In this document: positions 1 to 9,670 of the stretch, in pieces
Numbering within the stretch: position 1 is the first letter of the stretch
How the letters are laid out: each line of letters opens with the position of its first letter
Assembly: GCA_031411695.1 (NCBI GenBank)
Contig: JANOBO010000155.1
Location: 827 to 64,826 of the forward strand
DNA length: 64,000 nt
Source: Verrucomicrobiaceae bacterium
GTDB taxonomy: Bacteria; Verrucomicrobiota; Verrucomicrobiia; Verrucomicrobiales; Verrucomicrobiaceae
Direction of reading: 5' to 3'
Notes under the pieces: model-generated
The model's database searches: none
Told to the model about the DNA's origin: nothing
What the model saw: the letters and a program-made list of their open reading frames with translations, nothing else
Position numbers and translations under genes: made by a program

Positions 1-3000
1 TTGGTTGTTTCACGTGAGACATTGATCAGCGCGTCAAAGTTTGCGGTGAAGCCTCGATTCGAAACCGCAGTCGGCCCCGCATACTCAAACGTCCCGCCGT
101 TGAAAACCAAATTGCCCGCAGCATTGCTCGAGGCTCCCAGCGATCCCGGGACACCACCGTTCGTGATCGATGTGATGGTCAGCGTGCCGTCATTGACTTG
201 AAACACTCCAGTAAAGGTGTTGGCGCCGGTTAGCAACAACGTGCCGGGTCCGTTCTTGATAAGCCCCGTCGCAGCCCCGCCCGAACGGTTCGTGATGTCA
301 GCGTCGATCCTCAAAAGTCCCGTCTTGTCGTACTGATGGATGATCAGGTCGAGTGCGCTGCTGCCAGCACGCACACTGCCAGTGCCATTGATGGTCACCG
401 TATTGGTTCCGACGTTCGAGGTCATCAGGATGGCGTTTTGGTTAATCGTGTTGATCCCTTCCAACGTGAGGACTGTGTTCATTGGCGCATTGAAGCGCAA
501 CGTGTTGGTTGTCTGATTGTTTTGCGTGTTGCTGGCCAGTGTCACCGTGGTGTTGTTACTTGGAGCCCAGACATCATTCACATACTGCGAAGCCGGCAGA
601 GCGATTATCAATCCATCGGTAGTGCCGCCCTGAGCATCGTTGGCGCTGTTTCCGAAAGTGCTGCCGTTCTTTGCCCAATCAGTGCCCGCAACTGTGGCGT
701 ACCCGCCAAGGATGAGGTTCACATTTAGATTATCGGTCGAAGCAATTCCTGACTGACTGAAATCGACTGTCGCACCAGCCGCGTTCGTGATTCCATTCAT
801 TTTGAGCACGGATGTTCCAGAGGTGCGGCTGACTTTGTTAGCTCCCGCCAGCAGCGCCGTGCTCAACACCTCTTCGAAATGGCTGCCGCCCGAAAGAACA
901 ATCTCTCCTCCAAGCCGACCCCCACCGATTTGAAGGACGCCCTTATCCCCGAGCTTGCTCGTATTGTTCATGCTGTAATCCAAAACCAGTTGTCCCGCTG
1001 CGACGTTGAAGAACCCCGACTGCGTAGCCGAGCCAGAATCCATGGCGTGGGTGTTCATGCCGCTCAAGATCAGCGTTCCTTCCCCAGCTTGGGTTATGCT
1101 GCCATGACCCCGTAAATCGCCTTTAAGCTGGAGCGATGAACCTTGGACGATGGTGAAGACGGCTGGAGCATTGACACCGACGGTGCCGGCCCAAACGCTG
1201 TTTCCCTGCGTGACGGTCAAGCCGCCCCCCTGAAGATTAAGATCTTCCTGCGCCGTGTAGTTCACATTCTGAAGATCCAACCGGCCGCCGTACACGAACG
1301 TCCCCGCTCCCGTTCCGCCGAGTGCGTTGTCCGCACTCACCCCAAGCGTGCCTTCCAGGATCACCGTCTCCCCAATGTAATTATTGGTTGCGTTGGTCAT
1401 GATCCATGTCCCCAAACCTGTTTTCTTGACGCCGATCCCGTCGCCCGTGTCAGACAGTCTAAGGTTGAACTTATTGGGGCTCACCCCGTATCCACCAAGG
1501 TTCAGAATCGAGAGCCCGGTTCCTTCAGTCTCGACGTCGGGGGATGAAAAATTCGGGTCCGGATCAATATAACCAATTTCCAGCGTCGCACCCCGCGTGC
1601 CGTCGGCAAAAATGCCCCCGCCTTCAGGCCCCGCTCCCAACCTCAACGAGCGGTCTGTGAACATCGCGGAGGTCCCCGAGAACCGCAGGCCGGCTGCATT
1701 GCCGATGTAGAGGTTGACCGCTTCATTCGATGCAGCACCAATGCTGCTATTCGCGCCGCCGAAATCCAGGTAGGTCGCGTCGAGCACGCCGCCCTCGATG
1801 CGGGTCGGCCCCTGATAGTCTGACGGCGAGGAGAAATTGTGGTTCAAGGTGAGCACACCGGTCCCGCGCTTGATCAGGCCAAGTGTACCCGTGTCATCCT
1901 TCAGCGAGCCGTTGAAGGTGGTGTTGAAGATCGTGTCAACGATCAAGGTGGAAGGAGTCAACCCGTCCGCCCTAACCTCCCCCGCGCCCTGTAGGTCACT
2001 CACGGTGAAGTCCGTGTTCTGGAGGGTGAAGCTGCCCGCAGTAAGTATCAACGGTACCGGAGCGGACGAGTTGAGAGCGGTGGGGGTGGTGACCCTGACC
2101 GCGGCACCCGAAATCGGAATGGAGGTGCCGAGATAAGTGTTGTTCCCTGACAGGATGGCCGTACCTGCGCCGAACGTAATGGTGTTGTTGATCGTGTTGT
2201 TGTTGTTGATCGTGAAAAAATCCACGCCGTTCTGCCGGATCTCTCCTTGCACCGTCACCCCGCCGTTGATGTTGACGATTCCGTTGCCGTCCATGCGGAT
2301 GTTCTGCACGGTCATCCCGGTCGTTGTGGCGCTCCCGAGATTTGTGGTGCCGTTGTTGTGGTCCACGAAACCGACCTGGGTGTTGTTGCCGATGATGTTG
2401 AATGCCGCTCCGGTGGGCGCAGCCCCATTGTTAATGACGCCGCCGAGCAGATTCGAATTGGCGCCGCTCAGCGTGACGTTCCCCAAGCCGGTTTTGATGA
2501 GCGTGCCGGCGCTGCCATTGATGGCGGTAGGAACCGTGAAGGTGTCGCTGACGATAGCCACATCCAGCGTGCCGCCACCCGGTCCTACGGTTAGACCGCG
2601 GTTGTATACCGGTCCCAACCCTCCCAACGTGAACGTCGCCCGAGCCCGCAGCGTCCCGCCATTGAGCGTCAACTGATCGGCCACGAAAACCCCGGGAGCC
2701 GTCCCAAGACGCTCATCACTGTTGATGGAGAGAATGCCTTCGTTGAGGAAGGTCTTGCCGGTGTAAGTGTTCGTGCCGCCAAGCTCCAAGATGCCAGGCC
2801 CAGCCTTCACCAACGAAACAACGTTGGCACCATTGTTTCGCACGCTGGAATTGATGAGCAACTGCCGGGTGTTGTTATCCCCCACAGTCACGATCAACTC
2901 ATAGAGATTGTTGGAAACTCCCCCGGACGGTCCGGCCGTCAGGATGCCATTATTCGCCTGGCTTCCGATCACATGCTGTCCGCCGCTGGAGAGAATGCCG

Positions 3001-5486
3001 CCGGAAGCGACTGTAAGTTGTATGTTTGGGTTAGCCACGTTCACGCCAATCGTGCGAGCCGTGGCACCTTGAATGTTCAGCGAATTGATCGTGCGGTTCG
3101 CGGTCAACGTTCGGTTCGCGCTATTCTCCTTCACGTTCACACCAGTTAGCCAGGCGGCTTCTCCGGGGTTGAGCGTATAGCCGGCGTAAGGCACAACGCC
3201 GTTTGCTACATCATAGGTTGCCCAGTCGTTCCCCATCCTTGCCCACCCGCCGATGATTCCGGAGCTGTTACTCATGCCCGAACTGAACATCACCTTATTC
3301 GCTCCACCCAGGACCAGCGAAGGCACGGCGGCGGCGTCCGTAGCCGTGAAGTTCAACGTGGACCCGGGCGATCTCGCGAACCCTCCAAACGTCAGCGTTC
3401 CGGTGGCCGATGCTGCGGTGGAAACCAAATTGACCACCATCTGGCCGGACTGGAGGTTCAGCGAGCCCAGTGTCTCCGTGCTCGCATTGGCGTGCGAGTA
3501 GGTCAGCGTCGCACCTTTGCTGATCAGGGGGACCGCATCACCGATTCGATTGGTGGCCCCCGTCCCCGCAATCGTCAGCACGGTGCCGCCACTCAAGCTG
3601 ACGGATGAATACGCACCCGTGAATGCTCCGGTGTCCCGGAGAACCGTGGCCCCGCGGTGGATGGAGATCGGCCCGCCGACACTGATGGGCACCTCGAAGG
3701 CTGCATTCGGCGTGACGAGAGACAGAGAGCCGGTGATTGTCGTCGCCCCGTCCCCCTGATACTGAGCATTGGGGGGGGAGTTCAGCGCGCCTGCACCGGA
3801 AAACACCATGTTTCCGTTCACTTGAAGCGTGCCGTTTTGGGAGAGGATCTCCCCCTCGAGAAAGTTGAGGGTGCCGTTGACGGTGACCACCTTGCCTGAA
3901 TCGATGGTCAGGTTGGCCCCGTCGGTGGTGAGTCCCGCGTTGAAGGTGGTGTTCGTCCTGAAAGTCACCGTTCCATCCGAAGCCAGGAAAGGCGCATTGA
4001 AAACGCGAGCCGCGCCGCCTGTGACCAGAAGGGTGCTGGTAGCTGATGAGCCTGCGGCACCACCGGCTGGATTTGAAATCGTAACCGAGTCGGGCCCCAG
4101 GATGGCGGTGATCGTGGAATTGGCCGGAACGTTCCCTCCGCTAATCGGCATGCCCACGAGAAGGCCGTCTGTGTGGACGATAACCGTCTGGCTTCCAGCC
4201 GTCGTGCGCCCCACCACCGAGCCTTCTCCCAGAATGAAATTGCCCAGCCCCCTCGTCTCCGTGAGCACAGCGGAAGTGTCTGTGTAGGAGGTGATCAATC
4301 GTTGGACGCCCGAGAGGAGGGGCGTGTCGATCACGACCTTCGAGTTGTTGATGATCGCGCCCGAGAACAAGGTCGTGTTGTTCAGCACCAAGGTGCCCGC
4401 ATTCACGGTCGTGTCCCCGGTATAGCGGATGTTGCCGCCAACGAGAGTCAGCGTGCCCGCGCCAGCTTTGACGAGTTCAAGGCGCCCCGAACCAACTGTC
4501 TCAATCGCCGACTTGTCGCGCATGATGCCGTCGAAGTACGAATCCATCGCTCCATTGATGGTGAGCACGGAATTAGTCGAGAGATTTTCCCCGCCCCGGC
4601 TCTCAATCACGCCTTGGCCGGTCGTGTCCAAGATGGACGCGATCGTCTCGTTAAAGGTGCCGGAGATCGCGGCCCCCGTCACACTGGTGAAACTGCCGCC
4701 CAACCGGAAGAATGAATTGTGCCCCGAAGCCGACTGGAACGTGATCCGTGAGGTGTCCGCGATCTGGTCGCTTCTGCCCAATTGCAGCAACGCGGCGCTG
4801 CGGCCATCGGTTGTGGCGTTTCCAAGCCGGATATCTCCCACGATTGCGTTCCCTCCCGTGGTGTTCAGCCGGAGGACGCTGGTGCCGTTTCCGCCGTTGT
4901 TGATCGCCGTCAGTCCCGTGTAGGTGTTAAAGGCGGTGAACTCAATCGCGCCGCCACCGTACTTTGAAAAATCACCGCCACCGGAAATCACGCCCCGCAG
5001 GCCGATGGTGCCCGTCGTGACATTGACATCCAGGCTCGAGTTCAGGGTGATGGGAACCATGAACTGCTCGGTCTGCGTTGACACCACCTTGTTCAGCACG
5101 CTGTTGATGCCCGAGGAGGTCTGAAACACAAAATTTCCGCCCGTGCCAGGCTGAATTGTGAAATTATTGAAGGCATTGTTGGCGTTGGATATCGCTTGGT
5201 CTCCAATCGTCAACGCCCCCAGCGTGATGGTCTGGTTCAGGTTCATGACCACATTGCCCGTGATGTCCGTGGTCAGCGCGGCGATGGCGTCGATCCCATT
5301 TGGAAAGCCCGTGTCAGGCGTCTGAAACCATTGCAAGCTGCTGTTCCAGGCATAAGTGCCGCCAGCGGTTTTGTTGAAGCTGAAAAGGGTGACGGCGCGT
5401 GCCGACCCGCCGCCGAACGTCGCGGCGGCTAAAGCTGTCCACACGAGCGCGGAACTCACGCAGCGAGGTAGAGAAATGGTCTTCAT
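1..5486 (-). CDS. Giant autotransporter-associated beta-strand (PATR) repeat surface protein. The N-terminal >1828 aa are present and the 3' end runs off the window.
   Basis: It is absent from the ORF track because there is no stop inside the window. Hand translation from ATG (5486-5484) gives MKTISLPRCVSSALVWTALAAATFGGGSARA (signal peptide), then ...TGTIGLRGVISGGGDFSKYGGGAIEFTAFNTYTGLTAINNGG... Reverse translation of nt 3-250 in the same frame gives GLIKNGPGTLLLTGANTFTGVFQVNDGTLTI. No TTA/CTA/TCA triplets were seen in the stretches I checked, and no other minus-strand ORF is listed here. Confidence 0.9.
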   Translation of the reverse strand, partial: MKTISLPRCVSSALVWTALAAATFGGGSARAVTLFSFNKTAGGTYAWNSSLQWFQTPDTGFPNGIDAIAALTTDITGNVVMNLNQTITLGALTIGDQAISNANNAFNNFTIQPGTGGNFVFQTSSGINSVLNKVVSTQTEQFMVPITLNSSLDVNVTTGTIGLRGVISGGGDFSKYGGGAIEFTAFNTYTGLTAINNGGNGTSVLRLNTTGGNAIVGDIRLGNATTDGRSAALLQLGRSDQIADTSRITFQSASGHNSFFRLGGSFTSVTGAAISGTFNETIASILDTTGQGVIESRGGENLSTNSVLTINGAMDSYFDGIMRDKSAIETVGSGRLELVKAGAGTLTLVGGNIRYTGDTTVNAGTLVLNNTTLFSGAIINNSKVVIDTPLLSGVQRLITSYTDTSAVLTETRGLGNFILGEGSVVGRTTAGSQTVIVHTDGLLVGMPISGGNVPANSTITAILGPDSVTISNPAGGAAGSSATSTLLVTGGAARVFNAPFLASDGTVTFRTNTTFNAGLTTDGANLTIDSGKVVTVNGTLNFLEGEILSQNGTLQVNGNMVFSGAGALNSPPNAQYQGDGATTITGSLSLVTPNAAFEVPISVGGPISIHRGATVLRDTGAFTGAYSSVSLSGGTVLTIAGTGATNRIGDAVPLISKGATLTYSHANASTETLGSLNLQSGQMVVNLVSTAASATGTLTFGGFARSPGSTLNFTATDAAAVPSLVLGGANKVMFSSGMSNSSGIIGGWARMGNDWATYDVANGVVPYAGYTLNPGEAAWLTGVNVKENSANRTLTANRTINSLNIQGATARTIGVNVANPNIQLTVASGGILSSGGQHVIGSQANNGILTAGPSGGVSNNLYELIVTVGDNNTRQLLINSSVRNNGANVVSLVKAGPGILELGGTNTYTGKTFLNEGILSINSDERLGTAPGVFVADQLTLNGGTLRARATFTLGGLGPVYNRGLTVGPGGGTLDVAIVSDTFTVPTAINGSAGTLIKTGLGNVTLSGANSNLLGGVINNGAAPTGAAFNIIGNNTQVGFVDHNNGTTNLGSATTTGMTVQNIRMDGNGIVNINGGVTVQGEIRQNGVDFFTINNNNTINNTITFGAGTAILSGNNTYLGTSIPISGAAVRVTTPTALNSSAPVPLILTAGSFTLQNTDFTVSDLQGAGEVRADGLTPSTLIVDTIFNTTFNGSLKDDTGTLGLIKRGTGVLTLNHNFSSPSDYQGPTRIEGGVLDATYLDFGGANSSIGAASNEAVNLYIGNAAGLRFSGTSAMFTDRSLRLGAGPEGGGIFADGTRGATLEIGYIDPDPNFSSPDVETEGTGLSILNLGGYGVSPNKFNLRLSDTGDGIGVKKTGLGTWIMTNATNNYIGETVILEGTLGVSADNALGGTGAGTFVYGGRLDLQNVNYTAQEDLNLQGGGLTVTQGNSVWAGTVGVNAPAVFTIVQGSSLQLKGDLRGHGSITQAGEGTLILSGMNTHAMDSGSATQSGFFNVAAGQLVLDYSMNNTSKLGDKGVLQIGGGRLGGEIVLSGGSHFEEVLSTALLAGANKVSRTSGTSVLKMNGITNAAGATVDFSQSGIASTDNLNVNLILGGYATVAGTDWAKNGSTFGNSANDAQGGTTDGLIIALPASQYVNDVWAPSNNTTVTLASNTQNNQTTNTLRFNAPMNTVLTLEGINTINQNAILMTSNVGTNTVTINGTGSVRAGSSALDLIIHQYDKTGLLRIDADITNRSGGAATGLIKNGPGTLLLTGANTFTGVFQVNDGTLTITSITNGGVPGSLGASSNAAGNLVFNGGTFEYAGPTAVSNRGFTANFDALINVSRETT

Positions 5487-5615
5487 CGTATGTACTTTGT
5501 GGGGTGCCGTTATCGCAACTTGCGGCATTAAAGACAAGGAAAATCGTCCGAGTGTTCAGTCTCGATCATAAACGCCAACCCACCGGCCGCAAATCGATGC
5601 GCGAATAGGCGGCCC

Positions 5616-8600
5616 TTATTCGATTTGAGCGGCGCCCTCCATGATCTCGACACGCAAATTCCTCAGCTCGCCGGCTTCCTTCGTCGCCAGGACGGACACG
5701 GTCGTTCTCCCTGCTGGAAGATGGGTCTCGACGGTGCTGGCTGGGTTTTGAATGATGGTTTCGCCGATGACCAAGATGACACCCTTTGTCTCGTTTAACC
5801 CCAGCTTCAACTTCCCTGCGGCGTCGAGCTTCAGCGCAAACTGCGCGATCTTGGGGAACCAGGGATACATCTTCACGGACGGCACGAGATCGTCCAGTGG
5901 CAGATCGCCGTTGACCTTGCTCAGCGCGAGGCCCCACGGGAACGGGTGAGCGGTGTCATGCAGGGCTTGAAGGCCGGTGTGGCGGACGAAATCTATGTCA
6001 GCCTGCTCCATTTTTCCCATCACCTTCCACGAGCGGACGAATCGGTTGGTCTTGATCTTGTAGTCGCCTTCCCGGCCCAACTCGGAGAGGAAGCGCACGA
6101 GATCCACGAACTCGTCTTCACGCAGGCTCGCGGTAAGGCCGGGCGGCATCATCGACACCGGACTCATCACGCTGGTAGCGATCTTGTCCTTCGGCACTTT
6201 TTGAAGTTGGTTCGCCGGATCGCGCACGACCACCTCGGCCTCCCCGTCCTGCACAAGGCCACCGGAGACGACCCCGCCATCCTTCGTGGTGATCACGATC
6301 ATGTGGTAGCCCTCCTTGATTTTTTTGCTCGGCTCCAGGAGCGACTCGATCAAGTAATCCACTGGCGCGCTGCCGCCGATGCTGACGAGGTTCGGCCCGA
6401 TCATCCCGCCGGCCTCGCCGATCGCGTGACAGCTCTGGCAGAGCAACTGCTGCCGCCGATACACCAGCTCGCCGCGCGCCGCGCTTCCAGCCGTCTTCAC
6501 TTTCGCCACCATCGCGGTCATTTCATCGGAGGTGAGCGGACGGTCCATCTGCTTCACTCCGCCGGCCTTCCTCAATGCCTCGATCAGCGGCCCCTGCACG
6601 CCTCGGCTGGATGCCATGCGGATGCCCTCCACCGCGATGCCGTCCGGGATTTTCTTGCCGGCCAGCTCTTTAGCGAGCACGCCGGGGAGTTGCTTGTTCC
6701 GCAAGAACGCGCCGATCACTGGCGCTGCCTCCGCGCCATCCTTTGCCTGCGACAAAAACTCGACCGCGCGCTTGGCCGCGAGCTGCGGGCCCACGTCCGC
6801 CATGCCTTGGATCGCCAGACTGCGCAGCGTGGGCTGTTCCTGAAACAGCTTGTCAAAAAAGTCGCGCGACTTTGCGCCGCCGAGCAGCGTGAGCCCCTGC
6901 ACCGCGCCCTCGCGGATCGGCGGCGGCGTGCCGGCCTCAATCACCAGATTCATCAGCGCCTCGCGCGCGGGCTCGATCTTCCACGCCCCCGCCAAGATCG
7001 TGGCTCGGTGCACGATCTCAGCTTTGGGATCGCCGAGCCATGCTTGGGAAATGGCCTCCGCGCCTGCCGGCTTCACGCCGCGGGCGGTGGCCGCCTTCAC
7101 GAGCGCATCCAGCAGGCCCATCTGCAGTGGGGCGAGCGCTGGATCATTTGCCATGTCGGCCATCTGCTTTGCCTGCGCGGCATCGGCGGCATCGCCGGCC
7201 ATCGCCAGCACGGCGGCGGCATCATCGGGCGCGAGCTTGCTTTTTTTCAGCACGGCAAAAAGGGAGTCCAGCGCGTCTCTGCGGCCGGTGGACTTCATGG
7301 CGAACACCATGTGCTTCGGATTGTCCAGCTTCAGCGTGCCTTTTGCGAAGGCCGGCATCCATACGTCCGCCTGCTCGCGGCCGATCTGCTCCAAAAGGAA
7401 ATCGAGATTCTCGTCTATCGCGCCGTCCAGCACGCGCAGCGCCACGCCGAAAGCCTGCGGCGTTTTCATATCCGCCAAAACCGCCAGCGCCCACAGCCGC
7501 ACCTGCGGATGCGCGTCCGCCACCGCGCCCTCGAGAACCTTCATCGCGCCCGGCAGCTCCTTCCACCGGTGCGTCAGGATGCGCAACGCCGCAGCCTTCA
7601 CACGGTGATCACCGATGGCCCACAGATCGCGCCACAGCTTCGGTGAAAACACGTTCACGCATTCATGCGTCCACGCCGCCTCGAGAAGGTCATGCGCGTG
7701 GTTTTTGTCGTCCTTTGCCAGCTTGCTCGTCCATTCATCCAAGGGTGTCACCACCTTCGCGGCTCCAGCGTCACGCAGTTCACGCTTTGCAAATTGCCGC
7801 GTCCAGCTTCGCGGTGACTTCAGCAACTCGAGCAGCTCCGCCGTGCTCGCGCCTTCAAATTTTGGCTTCTCGCTCAACGGCCTGCCTTTCACGCTCAAGC
7901 GCCAGATGCGCCCGTGGCTGCGGTCCCGCCGCTCATCGCGGAAATCCACCTCGCCGTGCTGGATGATGGGGTTGTACCAATCGCAAATGTACAGCGCGCC
8001 ATCGGGCCCGATCTTGGTGTCGATGGGACGAAACGCCGGATGTTTCGATGCCAGCACATCGCTCACTTGCGTCGAGACGTAGCCGCTCGCCGACTCCGTG
8101 AGCTTAAAGCGGTTGATGCGATTGCCGCGGAAATCACACAGCACCAGCGAGCCCTGCCAATCGTCCGGGAAGTGAGGGTCCTCGATGATCTCCAGGCTGC
8201 AATGCTTCGGCTGTCCCGGATTGAGACCCTTCTGGATCCGCTTCGCGCCGGGCGATGTGGCGAAGACGGTGCCGGGGAAAATGTAGTTCACACCCTCACC
8301 GCCCGCGCCATCTGCCGCGAAGCTCTGACCCCACCGGTCAAACTCGAAGCCCCAGGGATTGATCAGACCCTTGCTGATGACCTCCAGCCGCCGCGTCTCC
8401 GGCCGGAACTCCCAGATGCCGCCGCCCATCAGCCTGCGCACGCCATACGGCGTCTCGATGTGACTGTGGATGTAGATCGACTGGAGGAAATACAGCATCC
8501 CCTCCGGCCCCCAGCGGAACGTGTGCAGCAAATGATGCGTGTCCTCCGTGCCGAAGCCCGAGAGAAGGATCGTGCGCTCGTCCGCCTTCAGGTCGCCATT

Positions 8601-9032
8601 CGTGTCCTTCAGAAAGACGACCTCCGTCGAGTTTGCCACATATAGCCCGCCATCGCCCGGCGCCACCGCCGTCGGAATGTGCAGCCCGTCCGCAAAGACC
8701 GAGCTCTTGTCCGCCTTCCCATCCCCGTCCGTGTCTTCGAGCACCACCACCTGGTCCCGCTCCGCATCGCCCGGCTTGATGTGCGGATACGTCGTGCTGC
8801 TCACCAGCCATAGCCGCCCCTTCGCGTCCCAGTTCATCTGCACTGGCTTCTGGATCATCGGCTCGCTCGCGAACAGATTGATCTCAAAACCATCCGGCAA
8901 AACAAACCCCGCCTTCTCTGCCTCGACGCTGGGATCCGGCATGTCCGCGAGTGATTTTGGCTGCGCGGCATGTGCGCCATTGATCGCCGTGGCGGCGATG
9001 ATGATGAGAGGGAAGAGGAGTCGGTGGGGCAT
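5616..9032 (-). CDS. PVC-type membrane-bound dehydrogenase domain / HEAT-repeat / cytochrome c (CxxCH) heme-binding protein
   Basis: 1138-aa ORF. It has an N-terminal signal peptide and the beta-propeller-like motif 'DAKGRLWLVSSTTYPHIKPGD...DGDGKADK'. The middle is HEAT-like and Ala/Leu-rich, followed by 'CQSCHAIG' heme c and a C-terminal domain. This architecture matches what I recall for the Pirellula/Verrucomicrobium-type heme-binding protein. Confidence 0.9.
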   Translation of the reverse strand: MPHRLLFPLIIIAATAINGAHAAQPKSLADMPDPSVEAEKAGFVLPDGFEINLFASEPMIQKPVQMNWDAKGRLWLVSSTTYPHIKPGDAERDQVVVLEDTDGDGKADKSSVFADGLHIPTAVAPGDGGLYVANSTEVVFLKDTNGDLKADERTILLSGFGTEDTHHLLHTFRWGPEGMLYFLQSIYIHSHIETPYGVRRLMGGGIWEFRPETRRLEVISKGLINPWGFEFDRWGQSFAADGAGGEGVNYIFPGTVFATSPGAKRIQKGLNPGQPKHCSLEIIEDPHFPDDWQGSLVLCDFRGNRINRFKLTESASGYVSTQVSDVLASKHPAFRPIDTKIGPDGALYICDWYNPIIQHGEVDFRDERRDRSHGRIWRLSVKGRPLSEKPKFEGASTAELLELLKSPRSWTRQFAKRELRDAGAAKVVTPLDEWTSKLAKDDKNHAHDLLEAAWTHECVNVFSPKLWRDLWAIGDHRVKAAALRILTHRWKELPGAMKVLEGAVADAHPQVRLWALAVLADMKTPQAFGVALRVLDGAIDENLDFLLEQIGREQADVWMPAFAKGTLKLDNPKHMVFAMKSTGRRDALDSLFAVLKKSKLAPDDAAAVLAMAGDAADAAQAKQMADMANDPALAPLQMGLLDALVKAATARGVKPAGAEAISQAWLGDPKAEIVHRATILAGAWKIEPAREALMNLVIEAGTPPPIREGAVQGLTLLGGAKSRDFFDKLFQEQPTLRSLAIQGMADVGPQLAAKRAVEFLSQAKDGAEAAPVIGAFLRNKQLPGVLAKELAGKKIPDGIAVEGIRMASSRGVQGPLIEALRKAGGVKQMDRPLTSDEMTAMVAKVKTAGSAARGELVYRRQQLLCQSCHAIGEAGGMIGPNLVSIGGSAPVDYLIESLLEPSKKIKEGYHMIVITTKDGGVVSGGLVQDGEAEVVVRDPANQLQKVPKDKIATSVMSPVSMMPPGLTASLREDEFVDLVRFLSELGREGDYKIKTNRFVRSWKVMGKMEQADIDFVRHTGLQALHDTAHPFPWGLALSKVNGDLPLDDLVPSVKMYPWFPKIAQFALKLDAAGKLKLGLNETKGVILVIGETIIQNPASTVETHLPAGRTTVSVLATKEAGELRNLRVEIMEGAAQIE

Positions 9033-9047
9033 GGCGGGGAAAAAAGA

Positions 9048-9086
9048 AGTGCTCAGTTGTCAGTGCTCAGTTGAAAAGTTGAAAAG
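9048..9086. repeat. Tandem direct repeats (AGTGCTCAGTTG x2, AAAAGTTG-like x2) in the 5' leader of the 5616..9032 gene
   Basis: The sequence aAGTGCTCAGTTGtcAGTGCTCAGTTGaaaagttgaaaag lies 16-54 nt upstream of the minus-strand ATG at 9032. The same 10-mer AGTGCTCAGT recurs at 57338 and 57352. Confidence 0.7.
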
Positions 9087-9171
9087 ACGCAAAGGGGCGT
9101 AGGCGCGATGCCTTGAAGCAATGTGTCGGTCGATCAGTTCCTGCGAGGCCTGGGTGCGTGCGATGATCATT

Positions 9172-9386
9172 CCCCTCACCCCAGCCCTCTCCCCAAGGGA
9201 GAGGGAGCAAGATGCGCTGCCGCGACACTGGCACGACGAGAGGGAGCAGTAGGCGCTGCCGACTCACTGGCGAGACGAGAGGGAGCAGAAGGCGCTGCTG
9301 CGCCACGGACGAAACTTTCGTAGAGCCTATCGAGCCGCAGCTCCTCAGGCTCCCTCTCCCCAGGGGAGAGGGCTGGGGTGAGGGGG
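9172..9386. repeat. Composite palindromic element (family 3): 37-nt terminal inverted repeats that are each hairpins, enclosing three 39-bp tandem units
   Basis: Left arm CCCCTCACCCCAGCCCTCTCCCCAAGGGAGAGGGAGC (9172-9208). Right arm GCTCCCTCTCCCCAGGGGAGAGGGCTGGGGTGAGGGGG (9349-9386). The reverse complements match except in the hairpin loop. Internal units lie at 9201-9239, 9240-9278 and 9279-~9315, each starting GAGGGAGCA. Confidence 0.85.
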
Positions 9387-9670
9387 ATGTCTCCGGTTCG
9401 CAGACACATACCGGAGCTATCTCACCTCGCTTATTGTTGAACGGCATTGGGCGTAAGCGGTTAAAAGCAAATTCGCCTTTCGAGAACAACCACAATGTCG
9501 CCTTTCCCCAAAGGTGTCACCGAGCGCAGCACTGGGTTTCGCGATAAACAAAACCTGCGGCCCGAAGGGTCAGAAAAATCTTCGGTCACTCTCGTTTCCT
9601 CCTGATTGAAATAATAACGGTGCGGCTGCATGGGAGGATGAGGTGAGACGGCAATCCGAACAGCAAGGAC

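Noticed and set aside
1-5432. Many 60-180-aa plus-strand ORFs across the first 5.4 kb.
   Set aside because: The whole region is covered by one open minus-strand frame with PATR repeats. The plus-strand ORFs are Pro/Val/Ser-rich reverse-frame artefacts.
5946-7646. A long plus-strand ORF (566 aa) and several others (6850..7608, 7040..7966, 7914..8645) antisense to the heme-binding dehydrogenase gene.
   Set aside because: They are Arg/Ala/His-rich low-complexity translations typical of shadow ORFs in high-GC DNA. The minus-strand protein has clear domain motifs and explains the region.
9201-9315. Three 39-bp direct repeats considered as a mini CRISPR array.
   Set aside because: The units are contiguous with no spacers and are embedded between inverted-repeat arms. 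There are no cas genes in the window.
9067-9547. The ORFs 9067..9495, 9123..9323, 9176..9409 and 9212..9547, plus 42246..42497 and 42343..42540, considered as Pro/Gly-rich proteins.
   Set aside because: They are read across the family 3 palindromic repeats on both strands and in several frames, so they are artefacts of repeat sequence.
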